In this document: positions 57,161 to 64,000 of the stretch, piece by piece
Numbering within the stretch: the stretch's first letter is position 1
Layout: every line of letters begins with the position of its first letter
IMG/VR virus record: IMGVR_UViG_3300033121_002300
Coordinates: 18,084 to 82,083 of that record
Source: a virus
Lineage: Duplodnaviria > Caudoviricetes
DNA length: 64,000 nucleotides
Reading direction: 5' to 3' (one strand)
Translations under genes and position numbers: made by a program
The notes under the pieces: model-generated
The model's database searches: none
What the model was told of the DNA's origin: nothing
What the model saw: only the letters and a program-made list of their open reading frames with translations

Positions 57161-57349
57161 CTTTTAACTCCTAAAAAAAATATACCTATTATAATTAAAA
57201 GATTTTTTTTTAACAAAGTCAAATAATTAAAGATAACTTTTTATATTTCTTTTTTTTTCATAGTCAAGGAAGTTAAAATCTTTCTTTATTTTACAACAAA
57301 TGTTAAAATAAATGTATCCACATTTCAGGATTTCTAAAAGGAGAAAGCC

Positions 57350-57883
57350 GTGCAAAATATTTTCGGGCAAAACATTGGGTTTGGAAATAAAGGCCCATCA
57401 ATAAGACCTTTAAAACAAGAAAAGGTTAATAACTCTATACCGTTACCTCATCAGGAGCAATATTTTTCTGATAAAAATTATTATGCAAATACGGAAAATC
57501 AATCAAGTAGTTATCAAGACTCAGATTTTCAACAAAATATTAACAGAAGTGAAGACTATCAATCTCAACATAAAAATAGCGCAGCATTTGACCTTTCTAC
57601 GCTTACAGACGAGCAAATCGAAAACATTGAAGAGAACCTTTCCGTCCAAATTGAAGCGTTAAGAAAAATAAAAATTGAGCGTAAATTTAAAGATTGGATT
57701 CCCCCAATACTTGAATCATTACAATCTTTAGATGATACACCAGGCTGTATTATATTAATCCAAATGAATGAAAACGGAATGGAGTTATTTGAGCCATTAA
57801 ATGGAGAAGCTGGTGGTTCTGGTTTTTTTAAAGGAGTTATAAGCGGTAGATTGCTGGAACTCGCTCCCCCAAAAGAACAATAG
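57350..57883 (+). CDS. Hypothetical protein upstream of the RNAP beta'(C) gene
   Basis: GTG start with RBS aaggag; Q/N/S-rich N-terminus and short coiled coil. Confidence 0.55.
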   Translation: MQNIFGQNIGFGNKGPSIRPLKQEKVNNSIPLPHQEQYFSDKNYYANTENQSSSYQDSDFQQNINRSEDYQSQHKNSAAFDLSTLTDEQIENIEENLSVQIEALRKIKIERKFKDWIPPILESLQSLDDTPGCIILIQMNENGMELFEPLNGEAGGSGFFKGVISGRLLELAPPKEQ

Positions 57884-57901
57884 TTTAAAGAGAATGGAAA
57901 A

Positions 57902-59728
57902 ATGAAAACAACATTAGGAAATATTTTAATAAATGAAGTTTTACCGGAAAACATGCGGGATTACAACCGGCAAATGGACAAAAAAAATCTGAAATCAACT
58001 CTTCAGAAAATAGGACAAGAGCAACCTCATGATTATCCAAGAATAATTCAGGAATTAAAAAAAATAGGAGACAATCACTCTTTTCTATTGGGTTCGAGTT
58101 TTTCCATTAAAGATTTTAAACCGAAAGACATAGAACCTATTTATAAGAAGTATGATAAGGAAATATTATCTGCTATTAAAATAAAGTCTGATGTAGAAAG
58201 AGAAAAGGCTATGACCGACATTCACGCCAAGATAGATTTTGAAATAGAATCTAAGGTAAAAGAAGAATTGAAAAATCCAAATGACTTTCATAAATGGGTT
58301 GTATCCGGAGCTAAAGGTAATCTTAATAACATTAAACAAATGCATTATGCTGTCGGAAATCAAGTTAATGTAAAAAACAAGGTAATGCCTCATTTTGTTC
58401 GTGGGAATTTATCTGATGGATTATCTCCTGTTGATTATTTTGTTGCGGCAGCGGGAGCAAGAAAAGGTGTGGTAGGATCTTTCATTGCGGTTCAAGAACC
58501 TGGTGCATTTGCTAAAGAAATAAATACTTTAACGAATGACATGATCACAAGTCAGCATGACTGTGGAACTCATCAAGGTGAAATATATCCAGTAATGAGT
58601 ATGGATATTCTTGATAGAATGCTATGCAATGATGCTGGAAATTTCAAAAGAAATCAAGTAATAACACCATCGGTTCAGGATCATCTTAAGAAAGAAGGAG
58701 TTACTGAAGTTTCTGTAAGAACCCCTCTTCATTGTCAAGCAAAAGAAGGGGTATGTGCAATGTGCCTTGGTTTACTTGAAGATGGAACGGTTTCACCTAT
58801 TGGAGATACGATAGGAACAAGATCCGCTCAATCAATAGAGGAACCGCTAACTCAGATGGCATTATCATCTAAGCACTCTGGCGGTATAGTAAATAAAAAA
58901 TCAGCTTTCGGAACGGCAAAGCAAGTTATGCATGTTCCTGAAAATTTTCCCGGAGGTGCTGTTTTATCTTTAGAAAATGGTAAAATTGATAAGATAACAC
59001 ATTCCCCAGATGGAGGGAAAAATATATTTATAAACAATATTCCTCATTATGCATTACCATCTCATGAAATTAAAGTAAATGAAGGTGACACCGTTCATAA
59101 GGGAGACATGTTAACAGATGGAATTCCGAATCCAGCAAAAATCATTGAACTAAAAGGAATGATGGAAGGCAGAAAATCAATGGTAAATACATTAAGAGAT
59201 GTATATGAAAGTAACGGAATACAGGTTCATCCAAAGGTGTTGGAAACAGTTGTACGAGCCACAATGAATCTTGGAAGAGTTATAGATCCTGGAGATCATA
59301 TTGACCATAATATTGGAGATATAGTAAGATGGAATCAAAGTCAAGATCTAACAAAAGAAACCCATGAATTGAAACAGGTAAATGAAGACTTAATAGGTTT
59401 TAGAAATAGTGAAGCTATAAATCGTGGTCGCTTGAATATCCCGCAAGGGACGATTATAACACCAGACTTAGCCAATGATCTTTTATCCCATCAGATAAAA
59501 GAATTAAAAGTTCACAAGAAACCATTACAACTTCAACCTTTTATGTTAGGAACAGAAAGAGCCGCTCTTCATAAAAACGATTGGTTAAGTAATATGGGAT
59601 TTAGATTTGTTAAGAATCAACTTTTGGATAATATAGGTATAATGAAAGGGACAAATTTACACTCATATGATCCGATACCAAGTTACGTTTCAGGAAATTT
59701 TGGATTTTCCGAAGGAGGAAGATTTTAA
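57902..59728 (+). CDS. rpoC: RNA polymerase beta' C-terminal subunit (bridge helix, trigger loop, second Zn site)
   Basis: SGAKGN, GARKG, DCGT, RTPLHC...GVCAMCLG, SAQSIEEPLTQMALSSKH. Confidence 0.92.
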   Translation: MKTTLGNILINEVLPENMRDYNRQMDKKNLKSTLQKIGQEQPHDYPRIIQELKKIGDNHSFLLGSSFSIKDFKPKDIEPIYKKYDKEILSAIKIKSDVEREKAMTDIHAKIDFEIESKVKEELKNPNDFHKWVVSGAKGNLNNIKQMHYAVGNQVNVKNKVMPHFVRGNLSDGLSPVDYFVAAAGARKGVVGSFIAVQEPGAFAKEINTLTNDMITSQHDCGTHQGEIYPVMSMDILDRMLCNDAGNFKRNQVITPSVQDHLKKEGVTEVSVRTPLHCQAKEGVCAMCLGLLEDGTVSPIGDTIGTRSAQSIEEPLTQMALSSKHSGGIVNKKSAFGTAKQVMHVPENFPGGAVLSLENGKIDKITHSPDGGKNIFINNIPHYALPSHEIKVNEGDTVHKGDMLTDGIPNPAKIIELKGMMEGRKSMVNTLRDVYESNGIQVHPKVLETVVRATMNLGRVIDPGDHIDHNIGDIVRWNQSQDLTKETHELKQVNEDLIGFRNSEAINRGRLNIPQGTIITPDLANDLLSHQIKELKVHKKPLQLQPFMLGTERAALHKNDWLSNMGFRFVKNQLLDNIGIMKGTNLHSYDPIPSYVSGNFGFSEGGRF

Positions 59729-59997
59729 TGTCAAAATTAAACAACATATTAAATAATATAATAAAAACAAAAAAAGCAGAGATGCGGGAAGACCAAATTC
59801 CCGGAGGAAAGGCTGATCATAAAACTCCTAAGGATTTTAATGAAAAGGAGTTAAAAAAAGGCGTTAAAATAGAAATGGAACACACTAATGATAAGAAAAA
59901 AGCCAAGGAAATTGCAATGGACCACCTTGAGGAATTTAAAGGCAAGAAATATTATGAAGAACTTGTTAAAATGGAAAAAAGATTAATAAGAAAATAA
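59728..59997 (+). CDS. Small leader-bearing protein resembling the DUF5661-type family
   Basis: IPGGKAD...ELKKGVKIEMEHT...AKEIAMDHLEE...YYEELVKME; leader ends TKKAE. Confidence 0.6.
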   Translation: MSKLNNILNNIIKTKKAEMREDQIPGGKADHKTPKDFNEKELKKGVKIEMEHTNDKKKAKEIAMDHLEEFKGKKYYEELVKMEKRLIRK

Positions 59998-60023
59998 TTA
60001 TTTTATTACTAGGAAGAATGTAA

Positions 60024-62411
60024 ATGTTAAAAGAATTAATTGTAAATAAAACAGCTGAAATCAGAAAAAAAAATAAATGGAAAGAAGAATTTGGGGACAT
60101 AAAAACTCAAAATCCTCTTTTAGATCCTGGTGGAGCAATGCCGGTTGGAAAACCTTATACAAATACGACTCAAGCTGTCCCCGTTGGTAAATCTTATACA
60201 AATACAACCCAATCGGTACCGGTTGGAAGCCCTTACACCACTCAGTCAGTTGTCCCTTATAACAATCAAACGCAGGTTGTATCACCAAGCAATGCAATCA
60301 GACTAGGCGCAAAACCTGATGCTGAGGTTAATATAGGCCCCACATTTTACTCTAACATGCAAAGATCTACTGATAAAAGAGAATTAATCCCATCAACTGG
60401 TAATTCAATCATTAATCAAACTCAAGTTGCATCTTCGGGGAATCAAAATACAGCTCAGTCAGTTGTCCCTTATAACAATCAAACTCAAGTTGCATCTTCG
60501 GGGAATCAAAATACAGCTCAGTCAGTTGTCCCTTATAACAATCAAACTCAAGTTGCATCTAATATAAAAAACCTTTCTACAAATAGTATAAATACAACTC
60601 AAGCTGTTCCGGTTGGGAACTCTTACGGCACAACAATAGGTTCAACTCAAAAACAAATAAGGCAACTTACATCAGGTTCTCCAAACATAAATCAATCAAC
60701 TTCTTCTGGTAATAACTTTAATCCCCCAAAAAAACAAGACCCTAATTTTCAAACAAAAGGAAAGCCTTACAATACAGGCGGAACACCTCCTGAAACGGGA
60801 ATAGTTCGATATCAACAGCCTCAACATAATACTCAGTCAAAGGCTTATAATTCATCTAAAAACAGCTCACCGTCAGAAAAAAATAAAGCCGAACAAAAAA
60901 AAATACTTTCCGCCGAAGAAAAAAAGCAAAAATTTGATAAACTAATGTCAGAAGGACTACCAAGTGGAACAACTGAAAAGAGCAGATATGAAGCTCAATT
61001 GAATGATCCAAATAATTCACCGGAAATGAGAAAAAAAATTGAAGAACGATACAATAGGGTTAAACAAAATCAAAGTCAATCGAGTTCAACTGAGCCTGCT
61101 AAAAATAATATCCCACCAGAATCAGGTTCTCAACAGCCAAAAGGAAATTCTCAGGCCGGATCTTCTGTTCCACCTAAAAACAATGTCCCGCCGGAAAAAG
61201 GCTTTAATGAAGCTTTCAATTTAGACAAAATTCAAAAAGGATGGCAATCAGGGGTTGAAGGAACTGGTGGTGCATTGAAGCAAAGTCTACAATCACTATC
61301 AAATAAATTTTTAGGTACAGGATTTGCAGCTCAAGGCGGAGCTGGACCTGTAAACATGAAAAACCTAGAGAACTTGACAGGCGTAAAAGGAGCCCTGGCA
61401 AGAGGTGCAACCAGCGCATTCCAGCATGGCGGAGTGTTTGATAAGGCAGTTGGGGCTATAGGTAAACATGGGTTAAAAGGTTTAGCGGCGGGGGCTGGAA
61501 TATTAGGAGCAGGGGCGTTAGCGAAAGGAGTTGGTGGAATAGCCAGGTATGCAGTTAACAATGCAGGTGTACTTCCAACCGTTGCAGCCGGAGCTGCTGG
61601 TTTAGCTCATTTGTTTGGAAAACCAGATTTAGGAAATCAAATATCTTCAGGTCTTAAAACATTTAACAAAACAATGAAAGGAGCGAATATGAATATAGAG
61701 CAAGAATACATCATGAGAAAGGTTGCATCACAGGTAAATGATTATATTCCGGATGGATATAAATCAATAGAGGATACAGAATTGTCTGAAAAAAAGGCTT
61801 CCGTTTTACCTAAAATTAAAAGTGAAGCAGAGTTAATGGAGCTCCTTGGTGACTCAATTCCTTTGGATGTAAGAGAAAAAATATGGCAAGGTTTTTCTCA
61901 ATTAAGAAGAAGGGATAACACACAAAGAGCTCTTGAATTAGGGGCAGGCACCGCACTAGGTGTTGTAGGCGGAATAGCTTCAAATATACTGACCGACAAC
62001 ATAAGACAGGTAACAGGGAACCCTAATAGACCTCAAATTGTTATAGCTACACCTCAAGCTGTTAAATCTATAAAGGCAAACAATAGAATGGAATCAAATA
62101 TAAAAGAAGCAAGTGAATTAAATACACTTTCTCAAGCCATAGAAGACGGAATCCGAGCCGCTCATCATAAGGACTTTCTGGAAAGCGGAGCAGAAAAATT
62201 ACATAAATTTGTGAAGCTAAACCCAAAACTCTCACCTTATTTGGCCGGTATGGGAACAATGGCATTTGGTCCGGGATTGGTTAATCAATTAACTGGAGCA
62301 GCCGGTTCTGGATATAACTTTCTACAATCACAATACAATAATTTAAACTATGGATATAATGCAGGAGGATACGGAAATCCTTACGGTTATGGTGGTTACT
62401 ATGGCTACTAA
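60024..62411 (+). CDS. Large leader-bearing low-complexity virion protein
   Basis: MLKELIVNKTAE; Q/N/T/P/S-rich repeats, Gly/Ala-rich helices, internal RKVAS and EKKAS, Tyr/Gly-rich tail. Confidence 0.65.
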   Translation: MLKELIVNKTAEIRKKNKWKEEFGDIKTQNPLLDPGGAMPVGKPYTNTTQAVPVGKSYTNTTQSVPVGSPYTTQSVVPYNNQTQVVSPSNAIRLGAKPDAEVNIGPTFYSNMQRSTDKRELIPSTGNSIINQTQVASSGNQNTAQSVVPYNNQTQVASSGNQNTAQSVVPYNNQTQVASNIKNLSTNSINTTQAVPVGNSYGTTIGSTQKQIRQLTSGSPNINQSTSSGNNFNPPKKQDPNFQTKGKPYNTGGTPPETGIVRYQQPQHNTQSKAYNSSKNSSPSEKNKAEQKKILSAEEKKQKFDKLMSEGLPSGTTEKSRYEAQLNDPNNSPEMRKKIEERYNRVKQNQSQSSSTEPAKNNIPPESGSQQPKGNSQAGSSVPPKNNVPPEKGFNEAFNLDKIQKGWQSGVEGTGGALKQSLQSLSNKFLGTGFAAQGGAGPVNMKNLENLTGVKGALARGATSAFQHGGVFDKAVGAIGKHGLKGLAAGAGILGAGALAKGVGGIARYAVNNAGVLPTVAAGAAGLAHLFGKPDLGNQISSGLKTFNKTMKGANMNIEQEYIMRKVASQVNDYIPDGYKSIEDTELSEKKASVLPKIKSEAELMELLGDSIPLDVREKIWQGFSQLRRRDNTQRALELGAGTALGVVGGIASNILTDNIRQVTGNPNRPQIVIATPQAVKSIKANNRMESNIKEASELNTLSQAIEDGIRAAHHKDFLESGAEKLHKFVKLNPKLSPYLAGMGTMAFGPGLVNQLTGAAGSGYNFLQSQYNNLNYGYNAGGYGNPYGYGGYYGY
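60414..60560 (+). repeat. Exact in-frame 63-bp tandem repeat (2 copies plus 21 bp)
   Basis: Unit encodes NQTQVASSGNQNTAQSVVPYN; a partial copy lies at about 60240-60283. Confidence 0.95.
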
Positions 62412-63264
62412 TCCAAGTAGGGATGATGTTAAAAACGCTCTTGATACAATATTTTCATTACCTCAAAGTGAGCTGGAAAAAATAATAACTGGAGCTCAGC
62501 AGGTATTTAATTCAAGGGAACACTCCGAGGTTAACGATACTATACCAGCGGAAAGACCTAATCTAAAATTTCCGTCATATATAACTATAACTCACGCTGA
62601 GTGGATTATGACGGAATTTATAAAAGAATTATTTAACAATTACGATGAAGATTATTATATGGCAAATGAGAATGATGCAACCCATGACAATAGTATTATT
62701 GTAACAAATAGCTTCAACGATATAGATGAGAAAATAGGTCAAACACCAAGAATTGTAGTGGACGTAGGGCAATCAGCAGCTTCACAATCTTTTATGGCGA
62801 ATATAAATGCTAAAGCTTCTGATTTTATTTCCCCTGATACAATAAAGGGTAAAAATTCAGCAGCACTTCAATTACCTATTTCAATAAGCGTAATATCCCC
62901 AAAAAAGAATGAATGTAATATTTTAGCCTGTATGATTCAAATGGCTATTATAGAGAACATGGATTTACTTAGAGAAATTTTCAATATCTATAAATTTACT
63001 TTTCCGGCAGTCAATGGAGCAAAACAAATAAAAGATAAAGGCAAATTAATGATGGCTTCGGTTCAACTTCAGATGGAGAGATATGTAAGTTGGTCAACAG
63101 TGCTTAAGATAAAAAGTTACAAAAATCTTTATCTTAGACTTAATGCTTATGGGCACGGAGACAAAACTCCCCCAATAAGAACAATAATATCATCATATGA
63201 CTATCCACTTGATCCTCAGGTGGTAAAAATGCTTGATGAAATGGAAAAGAGGTTTAAAGACTAG
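62401..63264 (+). CDS. Putative tail-completion/terminator protein (start reassigned from 62350 to ATG 62401)
   Basis: RBS ggtgg; IIVTNSF...PRIVVDVG...LPISISVIS pattern. Confidence 0.45.
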   Translation: MATNPSRDDVKNALDTIFSLPQSELEKIITGAQQVFNSREHSEVNDTIPAERPNLKFPSYITITHAEWIMTEFIKELFNNYDEDYYMANENDATHDNSIIVTNSFNDIDEKIGQTPRIVVDVGQSAASQSFMANINAKASDFISPDTIKGKNSAALQLPISISVISPKKNECNILACMIQMAIIENMDLLREIFNIYKFTFPAVNGAKQIKDKGKLMMASVQLQMERYVSWSTVLKIKSYKNLYLRLNAYGHGDKTPPIRTIISSYDYPLDPQVVKMLDEMEKRFKD

Positions 63265-63640
63265 TGATAAATAATATTATTTTAGAAAAAAAGCTTCTAA
63301 ATTAAAAGAAGTCGCCGATGAATTATATCAAGGTCTAAAAGAGACTGCAAAAAAAGAAAGAACAGTTTCGGAATATATAGACAGAGATGTTTTAGGCACC
63401 AGAATGGGAGACTTGAAAAATTGGGCAACCGGAAAAGTTCCAGGTTTAAGTAATTCAAAATATTTAGCTCCAATAGTTGGAACCGGATTAACAGGTTTAT
63501 CTCTTTACGGAGTTCATGATATAATAAATAATAAAAAATATGATTATTCTTTTAATGATGTATATTGGGGTTTAACTGGATTGCCAGTATATGCAGCATA
63601 TAGAGGAACAAAAAAAATAGGAGAAAAATTAAATGTTTGA
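63264..63640 (+). CDS. Leader-bearing protein interrupted by a -1 frameshift at 63287-63293 (body frame open from 63275)
   Basis: GTG 63264 gives MINNIILEKK; a -1 shift continues as ASKLKEVADEL...; TM-like LAPIVGTGLTGLSLYGV. Confidence 0.6.
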
Positions 63641-64000
63641 TGAAATACTAAGAGTCAGCTTAATGAAAATTGCAGAAGGTGAAAATCCAGCTCAGCAACA
63701 ATCAGGACAAAACATTCAGCAAGCAGGTAACGTTCAAGTAAATACCCAGCAACCTCAACAACAACAACAACAAGGTCAAATGGCAAATCCCCAAGATTTA
63801 TTAAAAGAAGGACTTGCTATGATAATGCAAGGAGCTAATGTAATTCAAGAGGTGTTTTCCATGATAGGGATGCCTATGGCTATGCCAAATCAGGCGGGAA
63901 TACAAGTTCCACAAAATCCGCCACCTCAACCAATGAATCAAACACCACCTCAGACAATGGTTCAACAAGCTCCAGCCCTTTCAATACCACAGGTTCAACA
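63633..64000 (+). CDS. Leader-bearing Gln/Pro-rich protein, 3'-truncated by the window edge (not in ORF track)
   Basis: MFDEILRVSLMKIAEGENPAQQQSG...QQPQQQQQQGQM...; RBS aggag; open to the window end. Confidence 0.7.
   Translation, partial: MFDEILRVSLMKIAEGENPAQQQSGQNIQQAGNVQVNTQQPQQQQQQGQMANPQDLLKEGLAMIMQGANVIQEVFSMIGMPMAMPNQAGIQVPQNPPPQPMNQTPPQTMVQQAPALSIPQVQ

Noticed and set aside
60414-60560. CRISPR-like repeat array
   Set aside because: The 63-bp units are contiguous, in frame within a CDS and have no unique spacers; no cas genes
61788-61797. Third A-AAA-AAG site (GAA AAA AAG GCT) as a programmed frameshift
   Set aside because: Already in frame (EKKAS); the -1 frame stops after a few codons (GGC TTC CGT TTT ACC TAA)
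931-62265. Many short ORF-track entries antisense to or nested in larger genes (e.g. 931-1218, 2883-3278, 11080-11409, 28607-28960, 32858-33277, 41267-41629, 57565-57954, 61331-61561)
   Set aside because: Shadow ORFs with F/L/S-rich composition expected from the reverse complement of A-rich codons; no RBS and no motifs
1-64000. Stop-codon recoding (TAG or TGA reassignment)
   Set aside because: Long conserved genes are intact under the standard code and end at TAA, TAG and TGA alike; coding density is already high
1-64000. tRNA, rRNA, integrase, reverse transcriptase/DGR or group I intron
   Set aside because: No cloverleaf/T-loop plus CCA pattern and no recognisable motifs by eye; tRNAscan-SE and Infernal would be needed to exclude them formally

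Overview
AT-rich segment of a large contractile-tailed (myovirus-type) bacteriophage genome, standard genetic code, arranged as about 11 blocks of alternating orientation. It encodes head genes (portal, terminase large subunit, prohead protease, scaffold-like proteins, major capsid), tail genes (sheath, two tubes, neck/terminator, baseplate/fibre-like), lysis-type genes and an accessory/early block (Rad52/Sak-like annealase, RlpA, RecR, dUTPase, DEDDh exonuclease). It also carries its own transcription machinery: a sigma-70-like factor and a two-barrel RNA polymerase built as a beta-beta'(N) fusion plus a distant beta'(C) subunit. The fusion has a LAGLIDADG intein directly after NADYDGD, with atypical Thr...Trp-Asp termini. 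The strongest unexplained signal is a family of likely capsid-packaged proteins. They share a hydrophobic-x-K-x-A motif and a short N-terminal leader ending in it, carry Gly/Ala-rich membrane-like helices, and include GNAT and HExxH enzyme domains. In two genes the leader joins the body only through a -1 shift at A-AAA-AAG. Repeated non-coding motifs mark cassette starts (ATAAGTAYTTA) and ends (hairpin + T-run + AGCTTATTCAA). All calls come from motif recognition by eye; no database searches were run.
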